Shown: positions 41,754-53,331, numbered from the whole stretch's first letter. The stretch: 62,104 nucleotides of DNA, filler included, from Pirum gemmata (GCA_002812295.1; 12 parts of 12 records of this genome joined end to end with filler, not necessarily neighbours in it); one strand, 5' to 3'. Made by a program: numbers and translations. Notes: generated from the letters alone by a model not told the origin.

Positions 41754-43424
41754 CGAACTCCCCGAACTCCCCGAACTCCCCGAACCACTCCCCGAACTCC
41801 CCGAACCCGAACCACTCCCCGAACCCGAACCCGAACCCGAACCCGAAGAAGAAACTGTTATTTTTGGAAGTCTATTAAGAGCAAAAATACCTGGATGAGG
41901 TAATTTGGAGCTAAAATCGATAAAATCATTAGTAGCATGATTTTCAAAAACCACGGACCCAGTCAGAGTCGCATTATTGAAATAATTATGTGGCATACCG
42001 GCATTACTGTCATAGAAAAATTCAATTTTAATATTTTTTCCAATTTTATTTTTACTTGGAATGTGAAGTTTTTGAATATCACAAATAGCTAGAGAGCTTC
42101 CCGGTGATGACGAAACGTCGAAAGAATTTATAGGAAAAGTAATTATACCCTTTTCTGCAGCAGATGGAAACCAAATAAAATTATTTAATGTAACCGAAGT
42201 TACTGTCAAATTTGCATCATAAATTTTTTTATTTTTATTTATTTTATAAAAATACTTAATAGGTACAGTATTTACTGTTGGATCACTAAAAAAATTAGGA
42301 AATAATTGTTCTACTTTAATGATATTTGGAGATGTAGTAGTTGAAGAACCCAAATGGGCATTGATATCCAGAATTTCCTGTTTATTTGAAGAATTTATAA
42401 ATATAATTTCAAACTTATCTAAATTAATTTTGTTATATACATGAACTTTATCATTCCTGTTTAATCTTTTCAATATTTTTGGTTCTAAACTTACATCGCA
42501 AAAAAACATAAATTGGTCATCATTACCAAAGATTGTACGAATAGGATTATTATCCAAAAACATCAGTAACCAAACAGATTTCGAACTATTCGAATCTTCA
42601 ATAGCCGCGTATGGAAAATTTAATAAACGATGTTCAAATTTTCTTTTTAAAGTTATAGATTTTATAACATCCCCTTTACTTAAGTTAATTTTGGGATACC
42701 CTGAAATCAATGGTATTTCATAAGTACCAGTTATTTTAAAAGGAAATGAATCTGTTTGTTTGATTGTATCAATTGTGTGTGGATTTATGTTTATTTGTCC
42801 AAACAAAGTTCCTGTTTTTCTAACATATGAGTGTGCTAGATTAGTGTTAAATATTATATCAATATCGAATAAAAAATTTTGTTCTTGTGTTGCAATATCA
42901 AACGTAATATTACTATCAATTAATATTTCTGGAATGAAAGTTTCTATTTTAATTTCTTCGAAAGATTCCTTTTCTGATAAATTAAACCAATAAGTGGCGT
43001 TTTTCATACCGTCTGACACCAATTTTAAATAGTCATTATCACCAGAATGATCAGCCGTAATTGTTGCTGCAGATTTCTCACTTATTAGATAATGAGTTTG
43101 TACGGATGGATAAACTTTAACTGTCAGAAACTGCATAAACGGTTTACCAGTTGGTGAAGGGGTTTTTGTTAAATTTCCCGTAGTAAACGTTAACGTCTCG
43201 TTATATGTACCAGAATTATCACCAAAGTTAATCTCAACAGTTTCGCCTGGTTTAATAGAATCTATTGTTACAGAATTCGTAGAATTAATCTTAACTTCAT
43301 TATTCATTACTGTATGAAAATTTTCGGCCTTTTTTTTGCTTGTAGTTATATCGTAGACTATACTACTCGAAACATTTTTATTTTTTTTTTCATTTTTACC
43401 ATTTTTTATCATTTTTTTTATCAC
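41754..43424 (-). CDS. Large intronless protein of unknown function, >555 aa, running into GS-rich repeats at the scaffold end
   Basis: Long ORF in gene-dense virus-like context; probable C-terminus at 47905-48066. Confidence 0.8.
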
Positions 43425-43483
43425 GTTCTGGAGCTCTCTATTCTGTTTTTACGACCTTAGTTTTATGTTTTTAAATTGTAGCT

Positions 43484-43768
43484 TCGAACACCCTCATACT
43501 TAAAAAACACCCTCGAACACCCTCGAACACCCTCATACTTAAAACACACCATCGAACACCATCGAACACCCCCGAACACCCTCGAACAACACGCTCATAC
43601 TTAAAAACACCCTCGAACACCCTCGAACACCCTCATACTTAAAACACACCATCGAACACCATCGAACACCCTCGAACACTTAAAAATACCATCGAACACC
43701 CCCGAACACCCTCGAACAACACGCTCATACTTAAAAACACCCTCGAACACCCTCGAACACACTCGAAC
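43484..43768. repeat. Composite tandem repeat (CCCTCGAACA)n interspersed with CTCATACTTAAAA; second array at 45315-45483
   Basis: Directly visible; both arrays are intergenic. Confidence 0.92.
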
Positions 43769-43829
43769 TTTTGTACGAGATAGTCTGCGGAAGCTTTTAA
43801 GTGCTCTTTAGTCAATGTGGAAAGTCTAA

Positions 43830-44015
43830 CTAATCCTTAAAAAAACTAAGATTGTTAACACACGTTTTACTCAAACAATCATCACATACTACAAAAATAC
43901 AACCGTGATACCAAGCGCCACAGTCTCTACACTTAGAATGCTTTTCATCTTTATAATTAAAATCTGGTTTTGGTACAGATTTTTTATTAATATTAGTTTT
44001 TTTAAATTGATTCAT
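43830..44015 (-). CDS. Small putative zinc-ribbon protein
   Basis: CRDC...C...CDDC Cys pairs; same orientation as neighbours. Confidence 0.5.
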   Translation of the reverse strand: MNQFKKTNINKKSVPKPDFNYKDEKHSKCRDCGAWYHGCIFVVCDDCLSKTCVNNLSFFKD

Positions 44016-44197
44016 TATAACAATTTTTTTTCTACAATTTTTTTTTCTTTTTCTACAATTTTTTATAATTTTTTTTTTATTTTTATAATTTTATTTTTTT
44101 GTTTTGTTTTATTTCGTTTTCGTTTCAAAATTAGGTTTTCGAACACAAATATTTGATCGAACAGGGTAACACACGTCTTTTCAAAATGTACGAACGA

Positions 44198-44563
44198 TTA
44201 ATTATTTTCGTACTCGTACTTAAATTTATATTCGTGCTTGTATTTGTACTCGTACTTGTATTTGTACTCGTACTCGTACTCATACTCTTGTTTTTTAATT
44301 TCTTGTTTTTTTTCATCTTCTTGTTCATGTTCATCTTGTTTTTTTTCATCTTCTTGTTCATGTTCATCTTGTTTTTTTTCATCTTGTTCATGTTTATCTT
44401 GTTTTTTTTCATCTTCTTGTTCATGTTCATCTTGTTTTTTTTCATCTTCATATTCGTCTTGTTTTTCGTTTTCTTTTAGTCCACGCCCGAAAGCTTTTGG
44501 TTCTTTTTTAAAAGTAAAATTAGCTTCCATTTGATATGGATCTATTACGTTTGTTAAAGGCAT
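44198..44563 (-). CDS. Low-complexity acidic repeat protein (EQEDEKKQDEH)n
   Basis: Unique N-terminus MPLTNVIDPYQMEANF followed by repeats; all other frames are also open, so the call is weak. Confidence 0.35.
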   Translation of the reverse strand: MPLTNVIDPYQMEANFTFKKEPKAFGRGLKENEKQDEYEDEKKQDEHEQEDEKKQDKHEQDEKKQDEHEQEDEKKQDEHEQEDEKKQEIKKQEYEYEYEYKYKYEYKYKHEYKFKYEYENN

Positions 44564-44653
44564 TTTTTTTTTCAGATTTCTTTTTACTCTTTTTATTTTT
44601 TTTTTATTTTTTTTTATTTTTTTCAATATTATTATTTCTATTATACTATTTTT

Positions 44654-45151
44654 TTAAAAATGTTTATGTCTACGATATAGATACCCACCTTTTACACGAG
44701 CTCCCAACTTTTCTCTAAGTTTTCCCCGAGAGCTGGCATTTTTAATGATAATATTCACAATATGTTTTAACGAGATACTTTGTAAAAATTTCAACAAATA
44801 AACTTCATTAACCTTTACTATATTTGGTGCCCAAATTCCTCTTTTGTTTCCATCTTGTTTGATTATTGTTTTATTACCATTAACACAAATAAATCTATAT
44901 CTATAATTATTATTGCTTGTTTTTTCTAATGTTATACTTAAACAATCATTGTTATCACAATGAACACAACGTAATTCTTTGGTATTATCATCAATATAAT
45001 TTTTGTATAATTTTAAAGTTTCATATTCATGTAAAAGTAATTCTGGATTACTATTATAAATTTTATTGTGGAAACACCAAGAAAAATATTGAGGATCATT
45101 GATATTCTCGATATTTTTATCTTTATATTTACCAAAAGTTATTTTAGTCAT
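44654..45151 (-). CDS. Virus/phage-type protein with N-terminal FGKYK motif (DUF3820-like) and a CxxC
   Basis: MTKITFGKYKDKNIENINDPQYFSWC resembles the FGKYKG..I..I...Y..W motif. Confidence 0.65.
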   Translation of the reverse strand: MTKITFGKYKDKNIENINDPQYFSWCFHNKIYNSNPELLLHEYETLKLYKNYIDDNTKELRCVHCDNNDCLSITLEKTSNNNYRYRFICVNGNKTIIKQDGNKRGIWAPNIVKVNEVYLLKFLQSISLKHIVNIIIKNASSRGKLREKLGARVKGGYLYRRHKHF

Positions 45152-45563
45152 TTTTAAAAAATCTCACCGATAATATTAAATTTTCAATTTTTTTAACTCT
45201 TTTATAATCCAAATCAGAATTAACCCAACGATTAGGCCAGTTTCCTCGATGTATCATGGTTTTGGTTCAAAAGAAATAGAAGAAGCAAAACAAATGGAAG
45301 TAGATGGTCCGCTAACACGCTCATACTTAAAAACACCATCGAACATACTTAAAAACACCATCGAACACCCTCGAACACCCTCGAACACCCTCGAACACCC
45401 TCGAACACGCTCATACTTAAAAAACACCCTCGAACACCCTCGAACACCCTCGAACACCATCGAACACCCTCATACTTAAAAAACAGTATCATAGACTATC
45501 TCGTATATAGTTTAGATATTTTAAATTACAGAGTATAAAAACCTAAAAGTTTACACAAAAATG

Positions 45564-45681
45564 AACTTTAAAAACTTTAAAAACTTTAAAAACTTTAAAA
45601 ACTTTAAAAACTTTAAAAACTTTAAAAACTTTAAAAACTTCAAAAACTTTAAAAACTTTAAAAACTTTAAAAACTTTAAAA
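45564..45681. repeat. 9-bp tandem repeat (AAAAACTTT)n directly upstream of the EsV-1-7 ORF
   Basis: About 13 copies, directly visible. Confidence 0.95.
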
Positions 45682-45688
45682 CACAAAA

Positions 45689-46304
45689 ATGGTCAAAAAA
45701 TGCGCTGCTACAGGTTGTACAAAACAACCAAGTTTTAATTTTAAAGGTGAAAATCCTTTATATTGTAATAATCATAAAGAAAAAGACATGGTAGATGTAA
45801 TTCACAAAACATGTGATGTTGAAGATTGCTTAACAAGACCAAATTTCAATTATGAAGGTGAGAAAAACCCTTTATATTGTAAGAAACATAAAACAAATGA
45901 CATGATTGATATAACAAATAAAAAAACATGCGCTGACATTGATTGTTTAATAAGCCCAGCTTTCAATATAAAAGGTAAAAAAAACCCTTTATATTGTAAG
46001 AAGCATAAAACAAGCGACATGGTTAATGTGGTAAGTAAAACATGCACTGACGACAATTGTACAAAACAACCAAGTTTCAATTATGAAGGTGAGACAACAC
46101 CTTTATATTGTAAGAAACATAAAGAAGACAATATGATTGATGTAAAAAAAAAAACATGTGATGCCAAAGGTTGTACAAAAAAACCATGTTTCAATTTTGA
46201 AGGAGAGACACCTTTATATTGCAAAGGTCATATACAAAAAGGTATGATTGATGTAACAAGTAAAAAAACATGCGATTTCGAAGGTTGTACAACACGACCA
46301 AGTT
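45689..46304 (+). CDS. EsV-1-7-type cysteine-rich repeat protein (about 5.5 repeats), typical of giant viruses
   Basis: Repeat unit C..xC.K.P.FN..GE..LYC..HK..DM.DV..K.; interrupted at a single N at 46305. Confidence 0.88.
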
Positions 46305-46305
46305 N

Positions 46306-47312
46306 AAATTTAAGAAATTTACTCGTTACTAAACAAAATCGTTGTGGTAAACAAAATGAGTTGGTATACGATTGGGAATGTGAAACACCTAAAGATTTGC
46401 GAGCATCAGCAGTAAAAAGTCTTATTACTGGTTTTAAAGCAGCTAAAACAAATTTTGAAAAAGGAAATAATGATGGTTATTCAATGAAATTTCGTAGTAA
46501 GAAAAAAAATCCATATTACTCCATGAAAGGTTAATTGTTTAAAGATATATAATAGAAAAGTGAAAATTTATAATAGAAAAACAAAAGGCTTTTTAAAACT
46601 ACAAAAAAGAGATGACTTAAAGTATTTAAAAAATATCGAAAATGAGTTCGAAATATCTTTTCGAAATAACAAATGGTTTTTACATGTTCTTCGAATTAAA
46701 CAAATTGAAGACTCGGAGTTATTACAAGACACCGGCAATGTAGCGTTAGATCCAGGATCAAGAACTTTTTTAGCTGGTTATAGTGATAATATAGTGTTTA
46801 ATATTCAACAAAATAGAGGTCGTTTAAAAAAGTTAAAAGTTAAAATGTCATTTTTACAAAGTCTCAAAGATAAACTAAGTATTACAAAACGGTCTTACAA
46901 AAGAAAATTTAAAAATCTAATGTATAAGTATAATAATTTAATAGATGAATTACATTATAAAGCCATTATATGGTTAGATAATTTTAATTCTATATATTTA
47001 CCGTCGTTCGAGGTAAAACAAATGACCAAAAAATGTAAATTAAACAAGTCAACAAAAATTGATTTATTAGGTTTAAAACACTTTAAATTCAAGACTCGGA
47101 TAAAATCAAGGCTGAAAACCAAAGTTTTTGATTGTACCGAAGAATATACAAGCCAAACTTGTACTAATTGTGGTATTGTCGATAAATCGAACTGTATTAA
47201 AACTAAACAAAACCGTCGTTGGTATAAGTGTAAAAATTGTAATTACATAATTGACCGTGATATAAATGGTGCAAGAAATATATGGTTGAAATGTCATTAT
47301 GAACATAAATAA
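46306..47312 (+). mobile_element. Fanzor2 / IS607-TnpB-like RNA-guided nuclease, N-terminally incomplete, with a frame break near 46534-46560
   Basis: WECETPKDLRASAV...MKFRSKK; RuvC-I ALDPGSRTFL; IYLPSF; RuvC-II TEEYTSQTCTNCG; CKNC..IDRDINGARNI (RuvC-III). Confidence 0.92.
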
Positions 47313-47451
47313 TAGGTTATTGTAAAATAACAAGGGTCTTGCTAGGACTCTTTAGAGACATGTGGACTATGCGAAAACATGTTTGATGTTTTATAATTAA
47401 TCGATATGATAATTATAATCATTGGTAGCGGTTAAATTACTCAATACCGAA
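47313..47451 (+). ncRNA. Predicted Fanzor omegaRNA scaffold (to about 47431) plus flanking guide
   Basis: Immediately 3' of the ORF; hairpins GTTATT-GTAA-AATAAC, GGGTCTT-GCT-AGGACTC, ACATGT..ACATGT, ATGAT..ATCAT; ends TAGCGG; boundary is inferred. Confidence 0.55.
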
Positions 47452-47536
47452 CATGAATGGTCAAATTATTTTGAAATCAGATGATGTGAAACATAATATA
47501 ATGATTTGTGCTTTGGTGGCTTTCATTGAAAATATA

Positions 47537-47799
47537 AATGAGGCTAATGAGGCTAATGAGGCTAATGAGGCTAATGAGGCTAATGAGGCTAATGAGGCTG
47601 TTAACTGTTAACAAGTTTTATAATTATAAACTATGTTTCCGATTTTTTTTCCAATGTAACGAAAATAAATATTTTAACCATTTAACTTTATCGAAGTGGT
47701 ATCCGGAGTTCGAAGTGGTATCCGGGAGTTCGAAGTGGTATCCGGGAGTTCGAAGTGGCATCGGGGAGTTCGAAGTGGTATCAGGAGTTCGAAGTGGTA
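47537..47799. repeat. (AATGAGGCT)n array at 47537-47599 and ~20-bp (GGAGTTCGAAGTGGTATCC)n array at 47690-47799
   Basis: Directly visible. Confidence 0.92.
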
Positions 47800-47801
47800 A
47801 C

Positions 47802-47934
47802 AAACGGTCTTACAAAAGAAAATTTAAAAATCTAATGTATAAGTATAATAATTTAATAGATGAATTACATTATAAAACAATTATATGGTTAGATAATTTT
47901 AATTCTATATATTTACCATCATTCGAGGTAAAAC
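47802..47934 (+). repeat. 133-bp near-identical duplicate of Fanzor coding segment 46887-47019
   Basis: Encodes KRSYKRKFKNLMYKYNNLIDELHYK.IIWLDNFNSIYLPSFEVK in both places. Confidence 0.93.
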
Positions 47935-48066
47935 TCTATTCCAATAAATAATTAATAAAAATATAAAAAATAACCATAGAAACAAAACTAACCAAATTGA
48001 CAACATCGAATCATTCCCGCTCCCTCTCCCCGAACTCCCCGAACTCCCCGAACTCCCCGAACTCCC
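47905..48066 (-). CDS. Probable C-terminal, TM-containing end of the 41754-43424 ORF
   Basis: Translates (GSS)n-GRGSGNDSMLSIWLVLFLWLFFIFLLIIYWNRVLPRMMVNI*, using the same TCGGGGAGT repeat and strand as the ORF end at 41754. Confidence 0.65.
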   Translation of the reverse strand, partial: GSSGSSGSSGSSGRGSGNDSMLSIWLVLFLWLFFIFLLIIYWNRVLPRMMVNI

Positions 48067-49998
48067 NNNNNNNNNNNNNNNNNNNNNNNNNNNNNNNNNN
48101 NNNNNNNNNNTTAATTAATTAANNNNNNNNNNNNNNNNNNNNNNNNNNNNNNNNNNNNNNNNNNNNTCATATTCATATTCATTTATATATATATATATAC
48201 TTATATGTATATAATATATATATATATGGAATTTAATGAATTCTGCTGATGATATATTATGGAATTTAATGAGAATTCTGTATAATATTATTATTAGGAC
48301 ATATATATATTATAATGCTAAATATGGTTTTTATTTTTTTTTATTTTTTTTAAAAGAAGAATATTGTTATTATTTTTTTAAAATTAATTCTAGCTAGCCA
48401 AATTATTTTTAAAAACTAGCCATTGGTTCATAATATAGTTTTCTTAGTTAGATAATATCTCAAAACTTGGTACTTTTTGGTAGTACTTTTTTAAAATAAT
48501 TTAAAAAAAATTGGATTATTGGTGGTAGTTAAAAAAAAACCTACTACAATCATAAAAGGTCTATAGTCATAAAGGTCTCTAGCTAGCTAGTAGGGCTCTA
48601 CCAATTGGAAATCGGATTCTAATCGGACTGATTCTGACTAATGACCAATTGATCATTGAATATTTTTATAAAAAAGAAGTTCACCTTTTTGTTGCCAATG
48701 GTTAGTACTTAGTAGTTTTTCAAAAAAATATCGCACAGCTTTTGACAAAGTTTTGGACGAAATTTGTAGAATGGCAGTCTCATAGTCCTCCTATCATGCA
48801 CAGGTCCTCATACACTATCGTATCATTCTACCAGTAGTCTCAGTTCTGTCTATACAGCAGCTGATATAAAAAGTTGTTCTTATAGAGTTCTTATGTTTTT
48901 TTATATATTTAATCATAGTCCGTATATTTTTTCTCTATTCATAAAACTTAATCTTTATTAATTCTAATTGAATATATATAATTATAGATCATCCCGATAC
49001 TTGACTTGTAAATCTTCTTTTTTATTAATAAAAATGACTGCTGGCTTTCTCTTTTTCTCAACGCAATATTCAAGCACAATTAGTTAATCTTGGAACCAAC
49101 CCCTACTTAACACAAAATCCCCCAAGACCTAAATGTGGTCACACTCAATTATAAGTCCAACATACTACGTATATATGCTAACAATATAATATTAATATAA
49201 CTCCAGAAAATATCTGTACAATCTTACTGAAGAACACTGAAGAACAGTAATTAAAAGTTGCGTAATGTCCAAATACCTTACTCTGAATCATATTACTGCC
49301 AACTTTTATTAGTACTGCGTACTACGTATAAATAAGTACTTACTACAACAAAATGGTTCACTTATTTTTAACACAGCCACGGTGTTTGGCTAGCCGTTTC
49401 GTAACGGGTTATGGCAGATATTATATATATTATATAAGTGCAATTTTTTTTTCCTTTTTGTTTTTGGAAACATTCTGTGATTTCTGTCTCTACTTATCGT
49501 AAAAGATGCCTAAAGGAAATGTAGATTTTACAACACCAAAAAAAATTCATACAGGTATAATATATTTCTAAAAAAGAAAAGTATAATAACTTTCACATAT
49601 AGTAATACTGTACTATATTTGCGATAACCAACAAGAATAAACCGGTAATAATTAATATAATATTTAGTAATAATTAGGTATTATATTTGGTAAAATACTA
49701 TATATGGCTACATTGGTGCAAATTTTATAAGTGTACTAGATCTATAGGGCGACTTTTAAGTGACAAACAATACGACTTAAGTTGTGAGTATACAACTTAA
49801 TTTATGAATACACAGCTTTTAAGTTGCGGTTGAAAATTTTAAGTTGTATGATTATAAATTAAGTGGAGCATTCGGACACAATGATAATGAAAGTATAATG
49901 TTAAATGGCTATACTATGGCTATGATAATGATAGGAATTTTTCGACTAACATAATAAAAAAAAATGCAGTAAAACTACTTATTATAAAATAAGTAACA

Positions 49999-50071
<73 letters not shown>

Positions 50072-50185
50072 AAGGCAATTCTCAGTCAGTAGTACAATAT
50101 TAGAGTTCTATGATGGTAGTTTTCAAAACTTAATTGTATCGCAACAATATGTCTTCTAGTAGTTACTTCCCCCACAACAAACGCT

Positions 50186-50830
50186 ATGTTTATTAACAAA
50201 CGTAGTACCATTTCTACTCTAGACGTACAAGAAACTTGTGGCCAATACTATGATCGCAAAGATGAAGGTACAGGCATTTGTGAAAAGAATGGTTATGATG
50301 AACATAAACCTGATGATTATGTTTGCGTCGGAGAAGGTGATGAACCATGTACTGCAGCCCAATGTTGTTACAACGATGGCGATTATGAAACATGTGGAGA
50401 ATATTATGATCGTAAAGATGAAGGTACTGGTATTTGCGAAAAAAATGGTTATGAACATCATAAGCCCGAAGATACTCTTTGTCCTGGTGGAGTTGAAGCG
50501 GATCAGCCTTGTACAGCTGCAATATGTTGTTATAACGGAGGCGAACCCCCTGAAGATGAAAATACTTGTGAAAAATATTTTGAAGATAATGATGATGATG
50601 TTTGTGATGATGATGGGTTTGAGGATAAAAGAAATGGGGATGTGCAATGTGGTGCTGATGGTTGTACTTCAGTGATTTGTTGTAAGAAAATGCGTAAGTG
50701 CAAAGCTTACTTTCTTACTTATACGAAAGAAATTTGTAACGAACATAATCAAAATGGAGCAAAAGATAGTGATGTAGAATGTAAGGCGGATGATACTTGT
50801 ATTATGGAGGATTGCTGTAAACAATCATAA
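50186..50830 (+). CDS. Acidic Cys-rich repeat protein (four C..C..C..C..CC units), probably extracellular; 5' exon may be missing
   Basis: Repeats TCGQYYDRKDEGTGICEKNG...C...CTAAQCC; possible splice acceptor ctctag at 50217-50222. Confidence 0.8.
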   Translation: MFINKRSTISTLDVQETCGQYYDRKDEGTGICEKNGYDEHKPDDYVCVGEGDEPCTAAQCCYNDGDYETCGEYYDRKDEGTGICEKNGYEHHKPEDTLCPGGVEADQPCTAAICCYNGGEPPEDENTCEKYFEDNDDDVCDDDGFEDKRNGDVQCGADGCTSVICCKKMRKCKAYFLTYTKEICNEHNQNGAKDSDVECKADDTCIMEDCCKQS

Positions 50831-52863
50831 TTAATTTTACTTGTTTTAATTAATAAAACTTTTGTATAGTAATAATAATTAATTTTTTTAAAATAATCAG
50901 TTGAAATAATATTAAAAATGAGGTCCACTATAATAGTATAATATTATTATACATTATAATTTATATATATATAAGAAGATAATAAATAAACAATGTCACA
51001 TTTTAATAATAATTATAATTATGATACCTACCCTAGCTAACTATGCCCCCTAACCTCTAATCCTAACCCTAGCCCCTTAAGTATAACCCTATCCTCTGTA
51101 ACCGACCCAAACCTCTTTACACCATATTATATATTTTACCTAGCAAGTCAGTCAAAAAAGGACAAACCATTATAATATAGTGGAAAATTTATTGCTTGAA
51201 TACTGACTTTGAAAATAATAGCATATATATAACATATATGTGTTAATTAAAGTTTTCTATTTTGTACTTATTGAATATTAATTAATTGAACAAGTTAAAA
51301 TTAGTGAAAACTTACAATCGTGAACAAAGTAAAGGCATTGTGCTCGAATAGACTAGCTAGGCATAAGGTTTTGGTAAAAACTAAAAAGAAAAGAGATGAC
51401 CAATTCAAGTGGTTGTGCTTCCCCTCGAGCGTTGAGTGATATCACTTCCAGCCAGGACACTCCAGGAGATGGTCTATAGACTGCTACAGTAGCTATCGTA
51501 GCTAGCTACTACTAGTTAGTCTAGCAAGTTGACTAGCTAACCTTCCTCTTTTTCGATTGAGGGTTTTGACAGGGGGTTTGGCAGTACTGTCCCAGGCGCC
51601 GAGTCCAGTCCAGACCGGTCCATTGTTTCAAGAACAACAGTTACAATCGTAATTATTTTTAAGTAGTAGCTATCTGATATTATAATAATATTACAGTCTA
51701 TCAATATGAAAATCTCATAATATTAATTAAATTAACCAATAAATAAAGAAAATAAAAAGTATATAAGGCCTAAAAAATAGCAGTGTAATACTATTGTAAT
51801 TGTAAACTCTTTTTTTTTTCATTTTTCATTGCTCATTTATAAAATAGTAGTAATAGTAGTAGTAGTAAGTAGCAGTAGTAGTAGGTAGTAGTAGTAGTAG
51901 TAGTAGTAGTGTAATAGTAGTAGTAGTAGTAGTATAGTAGTAGCAGTAGTAGTAGTAGTAGTGGTAGTGGTAGTAGTGGCCGTAGTAGTGGCCGTAGTAG
52001 TAGTGGTAGTAGAAGTAGTAGCTATAGTAGTGGTAGTAGTAGTAGTAGCTATAGTAGTAGTAGTAGTAGTAGTAGCTATAGTAGTAGTAGTAGTAGTAGT
52101 AACAGTAGTAGTATTAGTAGTAGTAGTAATTTATTATTATTATTATTTATATTGTGCTTGTTCTGTTATTAGTTGTTTATTTTCACACCCCACTCTCAAT
52201 AATAAATACTAACGCTTTTATTATTTCTTTTTTTTTCTATTATGAAATACAGCAAAAAAAAAAATAATGGAAAAAAAAAAAGCTAGATAATTACGAGTAA
52301 AAAAACAAAAAAGGGAACTTTTGGTACCAGACCTGAAAGGTGGACGGGAAGTGTGAAAATTTTGAGTCGATCAAGGAAGTCTTTTCAAAACTATCATATT
52401 TGGAAACTAAAATTCCTGAAATGGTCATTTTTTAAACAAAATTTCTGCAATTCTGATAAAACTCGGAAATATCAGGCAAAATATTTTACGTTGTTAAAAC
52501 AACTAATACCTCGAAATTTTGTGTTTGTCAATTTGCTCAAATTCAGCATTTATAATTTCTTACATAGTAAGTAAACTAAGCATGGTGTGTTAAAGTCCAC
52601 TGTGGCCTTATATAATTATATTATATTATACCCTTTCTTATATATAAATTACTCCTTATCCTCTTTATTACATATATTATACATTTATATAATATATTCT
52701 ACCCAATGTATACATTATCATTATAAAAATATATTACATAATATTATAATACTATTATTATTANNNNNNNNNNNNNNNNNNNNNNNNNNNNNNNNNNNNN
52801 NNNNNNNTTAATTAATTAANNNNNNNNNNNNNNNNNNNNNNNNNNNNNNNNNNNNNNNNNNNN

Positions 52864-52971
52864 CCCTTCAGCACTTTCCCGACCGACCGACCGATCCGGG
52901 TTCACACCTTTGTCCCGCCTGACCCGGTGTCGGGGGTTTGAAATCCGACCGGGTCGGATTTGACATCCCTG
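52864..52971. mobile_element. Possible hAT-type transposon end with CCGAC subterminal repeats
   Basis: GC-rich island with many CCGAC/GTCGG motifs ending GACATCCCTG (CAGGG on the other strand). Confidence 0.4.
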
Positions 52972-53331
52972 CTATATATAGATGATATGAACTAAATAAA
53001 TATTTTTTTTTTCTTTTTTTTTCTATGATGATAGTCTATCGATGCCTATATTAGCTAAACTTTTACTAGCAATAGTTCATTGCGTCTAAGAATTTCCAAC
53101 TTTTTTGGATAATAGTAATAATAATATTCTCTATTTCTCGAATATATAAATTTAGATTGTTCGAAATGTTCAGGATGCCAGAAAAATTTGGTAAAAGTTG
53201 GTGAATGTTAGGCGTGCTGCACCATTATAGTAGTCTAAACTTCAGACTCAGAACTGTAGAATGAATACATTTTTTTGATTGGTCAAATAACAAACATTTA
53301 GCTTTTTAAAAAAGATCGGATAAGCCTAGCT

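Noticed and set aside
43484..43768. Repeat arrays near Fanzor as a CRISPR-like guide array
   Set aside because: Built only from two short recurring motifs, with no unique spacers
45249..45794. ORFs 45249-45479, 45254-45460, 45561-45794 and 47538-47951
   Set aside because: Open only because of stop-free tandem repeats or the duplicated Fanzor fragment
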